This document shows, piece after piece, positions 1-11,879 of a stretch of 64,000 bases of DNA. Source of the stretch: Styela clava. Lineage: Eukaryota. The stretch's first letter is position 1; each line of letters begins with the position of its first letter. The notes below the pieces were generated by a model. The model saw only the letters and a list, made by a program, of their open reading frames with translations. It searched no databases and was not told where the DNA came from. The stretch is from positions 6,324,001-6,388,000 of the forward strand of contig NC_135253.1 in assembly GCF_964204865.1 (NCBI RefSeq). The letters run 5' to 3'. The translations under genes and the position numbers were made by a program.

Positions 1-476
1 ATTGCACTTTCAGCTATTTTTTTTTATTGTATTCCCGAGAATATTTTCTTCAAGATAAATCGACAAGAATGAACCCATAGCGAAGCTATGGGTGACCACA
101 AAGAAATACTACTAACACTATAAAAAATATAGTGTGGGATTGCGCTTTAGGGAATATCGATTGACTTAAGACTTAAAGCAGTTCATATAAATACGGTCAT
201 AAAACAGCTAGCTATAAGGTGGAGAATTCAATTCCACATAACTGAAGTTTGGGTCATGATTTGTAGAAATGTCTATTAACTTGTGTACTTGCAACTGCTA
301 TGTTCATGGTAACTAGGTTGGCTCATATTCATATAACAGGAGACAAAGGACATGAATAAATGAGCAACCAGTAGAGATGCTATTTACTATTTAGTAGACG
401 ATTGCAAAAGCTATTCTCTAACCCTGATTTTCAAAAAATACAGGGAAATCTCCTAATGATTTTTCATAACTTCGAG

Positions 477-1151
477 TCAACCTTGTGGGGCATCAGCGCT
501 TTCAAGCTTTCGTATTTCCTCTTTAAAATTGTCAATATTTTCTCGAATTGCCTTCAATCTTTCTTTATATTCTCGGATTTCATTTTGCACTTGTGTTTTG
601 GCAGAATGTAACTTCTCTATAGTTTCCTTCTCTTTTTCCTCAAAATCAGTTTCATGTTTATGTGCACCCAAAGTCAATTGTCTTGTACTTGTGAGTAAAG
701 AATGCATCATGGCAGTTGGATCTTGAAATATCATTTCATCATACCATTCTGATACAACAGTTTTTTTACCAAGCATAATATTAGTTTCATTTTGAAACAG
801 TTTTATAGGATGATATAATGTGATTGCTCTCTCTACTTGATCATGAAAAAATATCTTGATAACGACTTCAAACTCACCCCATCCAGTCTCCGTTATCTCA
901 TATGGTGGTTTTGTTACAACTCTCAATGGATTTGCATAACTTTCGTGTAGTTTAAATTGAATTTTTTTGACATATACTGACATGTCTTCATTTTTATATG
1001 GTTTAACATAAACTGTCCAAGTATGTGTGTGTCCATCCTCTTCTCTTTTTTTTCCAAAATATCGAGCTAGGTTTCCAAATACAATGGGTTTCACAATGCA
1101 TGCACCTTTGACGCGACCACCAGACTCTGTTGCGGGTTCTGAACGATTCAT
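477..1151 (-). CDS. YEATS4: YEATS domain-containing protein 4 (GAS41/Yaf9), single-exon CDS
   Basis: 224-aa ORF with YEATS motifs [34 protein letters not shown] and a C-terminal coiled coil. Confidence 0.97.
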   Translation of the reverse strand: MNRSEPATESGGRVKGACIVKPIVFGNLARYFGKKREEDGHTHTWTVYVKPYKNEDMSVYVKKIQFKLHESYANPLRVVTKPPYEITETGWGEFEVVIKIFFHDQVERAITLYHPIKLFQNETNIMLGKKTVVSEWYDEMIFQDPTAMMHSLLTSTRQLTLGAHKHETDFEEKEKETIEKLHSAKTQVQNEIREYKERLKAIRENIDNFKEEIRKLESADAPQG

Positions 1152-1425
1152 GACTAAGTCCTATATGATTACGATTCCAATCTGAATTATACATAGTTGC
1201 ATTAATTTTGAGTGCCACAAATTATCACGCTAAGTATAAATGGTAGCTAGCAGATAATGAATGATATTGGTATGTTTTAGGTAAAAAAAGCTTGCTGAGG
1301 AAATAAATGTTAATAATCCATAGGCAAATTCTTTACATAATTATTGGAAAAGAACCGATTTGACTTGATAGCTGGCTATAAACATGTGTATTCAGGATAA
1401 CAACTATGTAACTGGCAATTCTTTG

Positions 1426-1911
1426 TCAATCATTTCCAACTGGCATCATTTTGATTATTGATTGTACTCTTGACAAAATAATCTCGTTTCTTGATTGACA
1501 TGATTGTTGTGTATATGGTGGCAAAATATCCAGAACACCTGCAATACTCAGTTTTGCGCCATTAACGGTAACTGGTAAACGATTGCTTTCAAGCCATTCT
1601 TTTAATCTTCTTTGCCTCTCTAACAAATCTTCTTCAGAATATGGTATTTGCCCAGTTTGTTTGCACAAGTTATTCAGGACGTCGATAATTCCTTTATCTG
1701 GCTTAGCAAGTACTTTTACTTTTTTAATACAATGGCTAAAAACTGTAGTTAATTGAGGGTTTGACGAGTCCTCGCAATATAATACAATATTGTTCGATAA
1801 AGGGTCTATTGTGTATATCCATCCAACATGTAATTTCCCATCACTTCTTTCCACTTCAACTTTTTGATACACGAGTTTTCTAGTGTCAGTTATGGATGAC
1901 CCATTCCACAT
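1426..1911 (-). CDS. GEMIN6: Gem-associated protein 6 (SMN complex), single-exon CDS
   Basis: GWIYTIDPLSNNIVL, YSEEDLLERQRRLKEWLESNRLPV, AGVLDILPPY and NEIILSRVQ match Gemin6. First true ATG at 1911 (the ORF track starts at TTG 1926); 161 aa. Confidence 0.93.
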   Translation of the reverse strand: MWNGSSITDTRKLVYQKVEVERSDGKLHVGWIYTIDPLSNNIVLYCEDSSNPQLTTVFSHCIKKVKVLAKPDKGIIDVLNNLCKQTGQIPYSEEDLLERQRRLKEWLESNRLPVTVNGAKLSIAGVLDILPPYTQQSCQSRNEIILSRVQSIIKMMPVGND

Positions 1912-2584
1912 GCCTGACAGATTCAACCTAATATTTTAATATCTATGATATAGGAATAAATAGTTTCTCATTTAGATTCTGAAACATGTATAACTTTACT
2001 ATAGATTTTAAAATACGGAACGTAAAAGACACAAATAACTTCAATCATTTTGAACACATGAACGAACATGTTTTTAATAATAGCTATGTTTTAACTAACT
2101 GCCACAAGTAATAACACAATAATAGTAGTTTCACCACCTTTTTGAGCTCTGCTGTAAAAACAGCATCAATAAGTTCAGAAAAATCAAGTCAAGCATTCTA
2201 TTTTTTGTTGCATACAAACACGAAATATATACGCAATATTTACTGAAATCACTATAAAACAGCATAGGCGGTTTTACTACTTACTGAAGAGCGGTGGCTA
2301 ACTCGCCATGGACCACTTGTCATGCGACGGCGGTTAACGGGTATGCCTGCAATTGTACGAAGACTCTTTTTGTAATGGGAGATGGAACGGTGGCTGTTTC
2401 ACTTACAACTTAAATAGTCGGGATAAATATATTAAATTAAATGTGTTTGGTTAGAATACTGTGCAAGGGATAACAAAGTGACAAGAAAACTGCCGGAAGG
2501 CATACCGGTACCGGTACCGTACGGTACTCGACACTCAAAGGATGTCTCAACTTATCATTTTTATCTAAGCCTGCTAAATATATC

Positions 2585-4163
2585 GGGTCTGGTATAGTTC
2601 AGTACCACATCCACTTCTTGTTGGCCTGGCTCAACAATTTTTGCATATGTCAATCCCAACCCCAACCTGACTACGTCACCGAAAAATTACGTCATTCCGA
2701 CGTCACATTGGCGTAATAAGGCCCACCGAAGTATGCGGATGGTCGTCCAAAACACGTAGACGGTCACCCGAAATCGAGCAAGCTATTTCCCTCGTTTTCT
2801 TGCGCAACGATCACGATAGGAGAGAGATCGCCGGCTTTAGCAAGTTCGTTATCGGCGGCGCAGATGCCATTTCGGGCGATCGTAATTATACTTTGACAAT
2901 GGTGACGTCGTAGTGACGTACGGTAAATTTTGGATGGCATAGTCAGGTGAGGGTTAGGAATACACCAAAGTTACCCTAGCAGACATCTCTCAGCGGACAT
3001 CTCTCTCATTTTCGGAACGGTAATAGCGTTGCCAGAAAACGATTTAACATGGCACTTAAATGCCGCGCCGAAAAAAAGGAAAGCTAGTCGCAAAGGACTT
3101 GCCAGATTTACGGCGAAATTTTGCTACACTCGGAATTACACAAAACTTATCTGTAATTTCCGATGGCCGGGCAGATTTTTGAAGTTGATATAAAAAAAGA
3201 ACTTATATTGAAGTCATCCTAATTCAAGTTTTATGAAATTTATATGTTGGGAACATATATTATTACATTGTCAAACATGGCCAAAAAGAAATTTCACATT
3301 GAAATTAATAAATGTCGGCATTTTAACCCCAAATTATGTAGTTTTCGATTAAGTGCCCCACTTTTATATAAGACATCTCAAAAAAACATCTTGTGAAGTC
3401 ATTCGGAACCAAGTTTCAGAAAAATTGTATGTCGGGAACATACAATAATATCTTGTTAAACATGGCCCAAACAGGAATTTTACATCAAAATTAGTAAATA
3501 TCGGCATTTTAACCAAAAATTCTGTACTATTTGATTACGTGCCCCACTTTCAGATAAGATATTTCGAAAAATCATACTGTGAAGTCATCTCGAAGAAAGT
3601 TCCAGAAAAATTGTATGTCGGAAACATGTATTATTATCTTGTCAAACATGGCCCAAGCAGGAATTTTACATCAAAATTAGTAAATATCGGCATTTTAACC
3701 AAATATTCTGTACTATTTGATTACGTGCCCCACTTTCAGATAAGATATTTCAGAAAATCATACTGTGAAGTCATCTCTAACCAAGTTCCAGAAAAATTGT
3801 ATGTCGGGAACATATAATATTATCGTGTCAAACATGGCCCAAACAGGAATTTTACATCAAAATTAATAAATATCAGTATTTCAACCCCAAATTTTGAACT
3901 TTTTGATTACGTGCCCCACTTTTGAATAAAATATCCTAGAAGAACATATTGTGAAGTAACCTCGAACCAAGTTTGAGAAAAATTGTATGTCGGGAACATA
4001 TAATAATGTCTTGTTAAATAAACATGGCCCAAACAGGAATTTTACCTCAAAATTATTAAATATCAGTATTCAACCCCAAATGCAAAATGCATATATACCA
4101 TATGCAAAAATCGTTGTGCTATGCCCACTGGAAGTACTTGTGGTACTAAACTATAGTAGACCC
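2585..4163. mobile_element. Merlin-like MITE (GGGTCT...AGACCC long TIRs) interrupted by a ~1.13-kb insert
   Basis: Perfect 8-bp TSD AATATATC on both sides. 2585-2962 joined to 4098-4163 is the reverse-orientation equivalent of the intact copy at 16924-17373. Confidence 0.85.
3200..4080. repeat. 186-bp tandem repeat (satellite-like), ~5 copies
   Basis: GTGCCCCACTT recurs at 3353, 3539, 3725 and 3911 (period 186). Confidence 0.93.
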
Positions 4164-4312
4164 AATATATCATCATATTAATTGATTGTGTGAGTACTAA
4201 ATCAACAGTATACAATCTAACCTAGTTACGGTAGTTATAAAATGCCAATTTTTTTCTTCGCTACCGGCAGTCTCATTTTATTCTAAACAGCCGTTCAAAA
4301 CAGTTGCGACGG

Positions 4313-4429
4313 GCAGGATCAAATCTAACAAATATTTTTATTTTTAATTAGCTTCACGCCCCCTCAGAAAATTGTCTACGACCTCACCCCTCTTGTGGGG
4401 CGCGCCCCGCCGTTTGAGAACCACCACTG
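4313..4429. mobile_element. hAT-type MITE terminal fragment
   Basis: Ends ...GTTTGAGAACCACCACTG. Near-identical segment at ~56268-56378; CAGTGGTTCT-type ends also at 27752 and 38218. Confidence 0.6.
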
Positions 4430-6173
4430 CTATAATGAAAAGTCGGACTCGACTTGTAAAAATTAATGGCAGTGATTCGACTTGACTTGGTACTCGAATT
4501 TGCTGAGACTCGTACCGGTACTGGTGATATTATGTCACCGTAGTTTGAGATTTTATTTTTGCCGTGGTCATTCGTTAAAGATTCGGGGATATTTAGCCCC
4601 GCTATTTTATGCGGAATTTCTCTTTGAACAAGGCTTTGAATGAGAAGTTACTCATACATGTACTATGCAATTTGTAAACAAACAAAAATTTCGTTGTTTA
4701 TGGAATTATTAGACTGAATACAGCTATTGTATAAGAACGGTTCCATTTTCTGATATGGAGCCACACAATTTCCCAGTAGCAAACCTCTACACAAATTTTT
4801 GTCCATTGGTCGTGACAGCATACAAACTTTGAGAATGAGACGTAGAATTTACTCGATACAGGTCAAGACTGAGAACGAAAATCTTAGTATGCATTCGAGA
4901 GTTTCCAAATCGTCAGTTCGATCTATTATTTATTGTTTAGTAAAGCAAAAAGTTTCTTAAAATTTTACTACGAAAAAAAATTTATAGACTGTTTCTTTGT
5001 TATTTTTTTTATTCTATGCTGCAATATATCATTAAATAACTCCAGCTGTATGGATGAATGGGTTTTGGTAATTTCGTTAACTGTTCGTTTCTGTTGATGA
5101 AAATTAACAGGTCAAATAGGATGACTGGAAAGGTGTGCGGCCTGCTTACTTAGCGGTGACTGATAAAATGGCCCGCGATAGCAAATTGGTTCGTAACCGC
5201 GTTTCTAAAAGGTGACCTTGATTTGAAACGTCAATGAAAATCAACCCATTTTCTAGCACATGCAAGTTTGAAAAAGTGTGTTTATTGTTCTACCACTGTG
5301 AAAAAATATTTTATTTCCGATATTTTGTTTCAATATTTATAACTGTCAGCTCTTGATGTTTTTTAAAAGTATAATGAAGTTTAAATTTCTTACAATAATT
5401 CAATATATTTCTATATTTGAGAGTGTCCGTCACATTATTGTATTCGGAACCATGTCCTCATTCGAAGCAGTCCATATAAAAATATATGGTTGTTTATGCG
5501 AAGTACGAAAAAAACTTCATTAATTGAGTCTAAATACTGTTTGTACGGGCTATATTTCTGACACATATCTCCTACTTTATGGTCTCCTAATTTGCTAGAC
5601 ATATAGTGGACCTTGATGAATTCCTTTTTAAGTTGTACGGGCCGTTATTTAATTCAAAATTTGGCTGTTTTCGAATTATTGATAACATTGTCTGTGGGTC
5701 TAAACGTGTGTAAGCTCAAAGAAATTAGTCATTTATGTAATGGTAAGCGATATGTAACAAGATTCTAATTTTCTTTGATTATGTATTCGTTGTTTATGTT
5801 TTTGCGTAAACACAACTCAATCCTTACATTGAATCGGGGTTTGTTATATCTGAGTAGTTGCATAATGACTCATTTTCCTCGGTGCTATAAATTTATATTC
5901 ATAGAAACAGATTTGAATGTGAATCTTCCACTATGTTTCCAATACATCCACTGCAAATATTCAAATTTAGTGTATTTTGCATCTTATTATTACTGTTCAG
6001 TGTTCATACAACAATTTTAAAAAATGTCACACAATTATCGAAGATTATATGTTATTATGCCATATAATAAAATGTAGTGAATGTGAACTATAAGAGCATC
6101 ATAACTACACGGTTTTACCATAAGATATCACCAATTATTACTATTACAGAATACAAATTTATGTCAATTGTGA

Positions 6174-7752
6174 TTATTTCTGTTGAAGTTGCTGAATATC
6201 CTCTTCAATACTTTGACCTTCTTCCAACTTCTTTTCACATTCGATCATAAATCCGACTCCATCCACAACCATCTGTACAAGTTCCACTTCGGAGAAACCG
6301 AGACGATCAGCATTTGAAATATCGAAGGTACCACCTTCAGCTGCTGTGTCAACGCCGCCCGTTCCACGTTTTTGCAAACGAAGTTTTTTAAGAATTTCAT
6401 CGAACTTTGGTTGTTGAGAAAACAGTGGAATCTTCAGATGAACACCAGCACGAACTCCTGTGCCCAGATTACTTGGACAAGTAAGAATGTAACCAAGATG
6501 TTCATTCCACATGTACTCATGTCCAAGATCTTTCATATGCTTTTCAATCTTAAAATGAGAACATTTATAAATGAACAATTCATATGCAGTACATAATAAT
6601 TAGCGTAAGATAACTCACATTTCCTAGTCCTTGACACCATCGGGTAAAGACTTCTTTCATGTTTCCACCTTTTTGCATTGAAATAACTCTGAGATGATCT
6701 TCCTCATTTACCCAAACAAGAAAGTTCTTCTTGTCGTTGTGCCTGAGTTTTATGAATATTTTTTTTAAGGATAGATTTATTTCACTTTTGAGCTTTTAAA
6801 AAAGTTAACTATCTATTTACCACATTCCTCTTGCATCGGGCCAGTCGCGTGCCATTCCAGCGGAGAGTAACAATGGTGAAACAGGTTTATCAAAAAGAAA
6901 ATGATCGTTTATCAATTGCTCTTGTTCTTCATCTGTCATCTTTGCAAGAGGATAATATTTCCCGTTCAGTTCACCATCGAGTTTTCCAAGAGCTAAAATT
7001 ATGTAAACATTTCTTTCCCTGACTGTAAATTTGCAAATTTTATTCACAGTAGGACATAGATATTACCTTTACAAGATATATCTTCCACTTTTCTTCTTTC
7101 TGCACGACTGCAATGTGGTGGAAGACACAAACCTCTGATACTTCTTCCAGTTCGTACACGAGATGAAAGAACGTATTTTTCATCCAGGCAATCTCCTCCC
7201 TAAAAGTAGCATATTGAAAGCATACTGCAGTAGTAGTTTAAAATTTACGCTAATTATTCTACTAACAGACACAACTAATTAGATAAATTGTGATTTAACA
7301 TTTTAATTTTCAGTCGGATATGCTACCTTCAAATTTTCCGAATTAAGATCAGTCTTATGTTTATCTGTTTTCCTGTATCCGTTATGTCTGGCTTGAATCA
7401 CTGGATCAAATAATTCAGCGAACGTCTCATAAGACTCTTCATCTCCCGCTACACATCCGACAGTCATGATGAATGGATGGCCTAAAAAAAGCATTAAGTG
7501 TTTACACATTAAAATAAAGAGAATAGACGTACATCAAAAAAAAATCGAAAAAAAATCAGCAATGAGGGTTTTACCTGGATTATCGACTCCAGTTTGGATT
7601 ACATTATCGATGCTGAATCCATTCTGAGTTTGTCGAGACCTCATTTTCTTGTAGATATCTTCAGTCAGGCATTTTGCCATGTGATTATTGTGCTTTGATA
7701 AATCAGGAAACTCTTCGTTTGCTGTGTATTTAGTTGTGTTTGTGTTCGGCAT
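6174..7752 (-). CDS. Creatine kinase, cytosolic (CK-M/CK-B type), 6 coding exons, 378 aa
   Basis: Exons 7752-7575, 7481-7327, 7199-7067, 6992-6821, 6742-6619, 6548-6174; all GT-AG and in phase (1137 nt). Motifs [57 protein letters not shown]. Confidence 0.97.
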
Positions 7753-7799
7753 TTTACTTCAATGTTGTTGACGAGCTAAGAACGGTTCGATTAAAGGTT

Positions 7800-7845
7800 A
7801 CTGATGACTGGATGTATCTCTTCATTCTCTTGTGGTTTTTATATC
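7800..7845 (-). promoter_or_regulatory. Putative TATA box and initiator of creatine kinase
   Basis: Minus-strand TATAAAAA at ~7836-7843 followed ~30-40 nt later by CCAGTCATCAGT, 50-90 nt upstream of the ATG. Confidence 0.5.
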
Positions 7846-8187
7846 GAACACTATTCGCACCTTTGATGCGTGAAAAACGCATCGTGCAAATGTTTTTTTC
7901 GACTTGTCTGAAAGGGCGAACAAAAGACACGATGGGTGTGACAGACCATGTCGCTGCTTGGAAGCACCGTTTTTCGTCACAGATGATAACAAATATTATA
8001 ACTTTGATTAGTGTTGTTATAACTCAAACTAATTAGGCTGTCGTCGTTAGTTATTGCAGTGTGATACATATCTGCGATGCGAACATCTGTAAATGTTTAA
8101 ACTTATCTGTATTGGATGTGATTGGATTTCATTATTCCGAATATGCGACGGAGGGAATATCTTTTCCAATAAACAGACGGAATAGAG

Positions 8188-10577
8188 CAGGGTGGTCCAA
8201 GGTTGTCGCCTTCGCGGGCCACAAAATTATTTTTGCATTGTTCGCGGGCCACAATATTGCCATAAATAGGTAAACAGGGCAATACAAAGAAAAAAAAACT
8301 TTATTGTGCAAACAATTGATCATTGTTTGTCATTTATCTAGCTAAAACATGCAAAATACTCCAGAAAAATCACTGAAACATGCAAAAGTTTTGCTATATC
8401 GACATTTAATGTAAGATATTAAACTTTTCATAACGGGGAAAGTGGTCCCGCAAATGTAAGTGCTCTCGAACATCGATGGGGTTCTCAAAGCAAAATATCT
8501 CAAAATTTGAAAATGTTGATTGCTCACATGATAACAAAATGCCGTTTTAGATTATATTTGCCATAACTTGATTATCATAACTTGATTGATTATCATATTT
8601 TACCTAATGTAAGGTACAGGAGTATGGTGGCCCATCGTTGTCACGCGTAAAATTGAAAATAAAAATAAAATAAACCGAAAATAAAAAAATTGTTGTAAAA
8701 AAACATAAAAATAATTAATAAAAAAAAATTAAAAAAAAAAAAATAAATAAAAATGAAATAAAAAACAAAACAAAAAAAATTTAAAAAAAAAAAAAATTAA
8801 AAAAAATTGAATAAAAAGAAAATAAAAAGGTTGACAACGATGGTCCGCCTCGTGACCCATCGTTGTCACGCGTTTTTATTTTTAGAAAATTTGCTTCTGC
8901 TTGGGACCAACGTTGTCAGGCATAATCCTACGCGCACAAATGTGTTCAAATGAGCAATATTCAATATGAAAATGTTCTATAAATTCTCTATGCTACAAGT
9001 TCAACAAGAAGTAATATATTTATAATAATGATAAGAGAATATAGAATTGAATACGAAAATTCGGAAAATTTGTTTTTACGTGTATAAGGTAATTTAATTG
9101 GAGAATGCTGCTTAACTACTCAGTTGTCTAGACACTCGCAATGCCGGTACCGTCTTACCAAATACCGGTAGTCGGTTATAGTCGCTTTGCGTCTGACCGT
9201 ACCGGTAGCCATACAATCACTCAAGAAAGAATGGGAGATACGGACAGTCTCGTAGAATATAGACTACTGAAACACTCTCTGCGCCTGTCCCATACCGTAC
9301 AGCCGTAACGTACCGATCCAGACAAATGATAAATCGCCCGTGCTCAACCATTTATTTCAATCCATACCTCGATCCTAGTAGAATATAGTGAGTCGAGATA
9401 TGGATTGAAATAAATGGTTGAGCACGGGCGATTTATCATTTGTCTGGATCGGTACGTTACGGCTGTACGGTATGGGGCAGGCGCAGAGAGTGTTTCAGTA
9501 GACTATATTCTACGAGACTATCCGTATCTCCCATTCTTTCACGAGTGATTGCATGGGTACTGGTACGGTCAGACGGTACCGTACCGGCATCGCACGAGTG
9601 TCTGAGCAGTTAAGCAGCATTTTCCAATTAAATTATTTTCTACACGTAAAAACAAATTTTCGTATCCAATTCTATATTCTCTTATCATTAATATAAATTT
9701 ATTGCTTGTGGTTGAACTTGTAGCATGGAGAATTTATAGAACATTTTCATGTTGAATTTATTGGATATTGCTCATGAAAATCAGTAGTGAGTTAGAAACC
9801 CAGGAAACACATTTGTGCGTGTAGGATTAAGCCTGACAACGTTGGTCCCAAGCAGCATCAAATTTTCCAAAAATAAAAACGCGTGACAACGATGGGCCAC
9901 GAGGCGGACCATCGTTGTCAACCTCCTTATTTTCTTTTTATCCAATTTTTTTTTTTTTTTTAATTTTTTTTTTAATTTTACTTTTTTATTAAATTTTTTT
10001 TTTGGTTTATTTTTCAATTTTTTTCTTTATTTCTTTTTTTTCAATTATTTTTATGTTTTTTCACAACTATTTTTTTATTTTCGCCTTTTCATTTTATTTT
10101 TTCATTTTTTTTTTAAATTTTACACGTGACAACGATGGGCCACCATACAGGAGAGTATTTACTAATTTTTCTGACATATATATTAGAAGCATTTTTTTGT
10201 AATACTGTTTAGGCTGGTTGCAAACATCATCGGATCGTATTATATTCTCATGCCATAACAATATTATTTAGTTATCATATTTAGGTAATATAACTGATGG
10301 AATATATTCCCAGCCAAAAAGATAGCAAGCCAGTGAACAATTTGGACTACCCAAGCACACTATTCAATCTCGCTAGTTGCTTTAGCTAGCCGTGACGCTG
10401 GTCAATTCAGTGACATCAGTGATGTAACACAATGTCGGAAAGATTTTTCTGTTATTTTTATGACGAAACAACACCAAACGCGATTTTTTGATTACCTTTC
10501 AGCAAAGGCGACGCGGGCCACAGATTATGACGCTGCGGGCCACATGTGGCCCGCGGGCCTGGGTTTGGACCACCCTG
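8188..10577. mobile_element. hAT (Buster/Charlie-type) non-autonomous element carrying a nested foldback element
   Basis: TIRs CAGGGTGGTCCAA / TTGGACCACCCTG, GCGGGCC subterminal repeats, perfect 8-bp TSD GAATAGAG. Confidence 0.92.
8623..10147. mobile_element. 1.5-kb foldback (palindromic) non-autonomous DNA transposon with IS3EU-like termini
   Basis: Starts TATGGTGGCCCATCGTTGTCACG and ends CGTGACAACGATGGGCCACCATA; 6-bp TSD CAGGAG. Arms 8623-9372 and 9393-10147 are inverted copies around a 20-nt loop. Confidence 0.85.
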
Positions 10578-11397
10578 GAATAGAGTATTAACTTGCACAT
10601 GTGGCTAAGCTCACTGTCAAAACCTAGTCACGTTGCTTTTGTTTTCAGAAATTTTTCTACTGCTTGTAAATATATTCACAATGATTGAATTATGAACAGA
10701 ATCTTCTATAAGCATTTTTACTCATTTATCATGAAAGACGAAAGATCTCTGACGACAATGCATTGACATGTATAAGTGTACATATATATGGCTCATTTTT
10801 CTTAATTGTCATTCTTTTTAATGACATTTGATGGTATTGTTTTCTCTGAAACTATTGGATCAATCGTTTTCAAATTTTTATTATTTGAAGATGGTCTCGT
10901 CTCAAAGTATTCGAGACTCTCATAATAGTTCGTGGTGAGTTAGGGAATTTGTACACATATCTGCCAAACGAACCTGTCAGGCTCTCAAACTCTAAAGCAA
11001 ATCAAAAATTCACATAATATGTGAACCCATTGCATATTTTTATTTTGAAAGCTAAATAATGAATGAGTTTCTCATTGCATGATCCCCTTTATCTCTGATA
11101 AAAATCTGGATACCAAAGAAATAAAAGGGCCTCACTTCATGCATTGCAATATATTCTGGAGTATAAATATAAACCTATAGCCTCTGAATAAATAGATAAA
11201 ATTAATCATAAATAATATGTAATTTTTTTTCTCTCAGATTTCTGTGAAATATTAATTGATCTTCCGTCGTTATTATAGTTTTACTTGGGAATATTTAAAT
11301 CAAGAGTCTATCAATAGTTACATGTAACTAACATCAGGTTCTAGAACTCGATTGACTAATTTCTATGAACTCCTAGAGATAGATGTTTTTATTTTTC

Positions 11398-11879
11398 GCG
11401 GTTGTTTGATGCCAGCTTTGCACTACCCGAATCACCCCACCCGTACCATACCCATGGTATATATTTTCCTGAATCTTTGCGGTTGTTCGACATCAGCTTT
11501 GGATTTTCTGAATCACCCCACCCGTGCCATACCCATGGTATATCTTTTACTGAATCTTTGCGGTTGTTCGACATCAGCTTTGGGCTTTCTGAATCACCCC
11601 AACCGTGCCATACCCATGGTATATCTTTTCCTGAATCTTTGCGGTTGTTCGACATCAGCTTTGGGCTTTCTGAATCACCCCACCCGTGCCATACCCATAG
11701 TATATCTTTTCCTGAATCTTTGCGGTTGTTCGACATCAGCTTTGGGCTTTCTGAATCACCCCACCCGTGCCATACCCATGGTATATCTTTTCCTGAATCT
11801 TTGCGGTTGTTCGACATCAGCTTTGGGCTTTCTGAATCACCCCAACCGTGCCATACCCATGGTATATCTTTTCCTGAAT
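11398..11879. repeat. 81-bp minisatellite, 6 copies
   Basis: GCGGTTG recurs at 11398, 11479, 11560, 11641, 11722 and 11803. Confidence 0.95.

Noticed and set aside
3539-4181. ORFs within the 186-bp array
   Set aside because: By-products of the satellite; other copies carry in-frame stops
9781-10202. Lys-rich and Phe-rich ORFs
   Set aside because: Translations of the poly-A/T tracts of the foldback element
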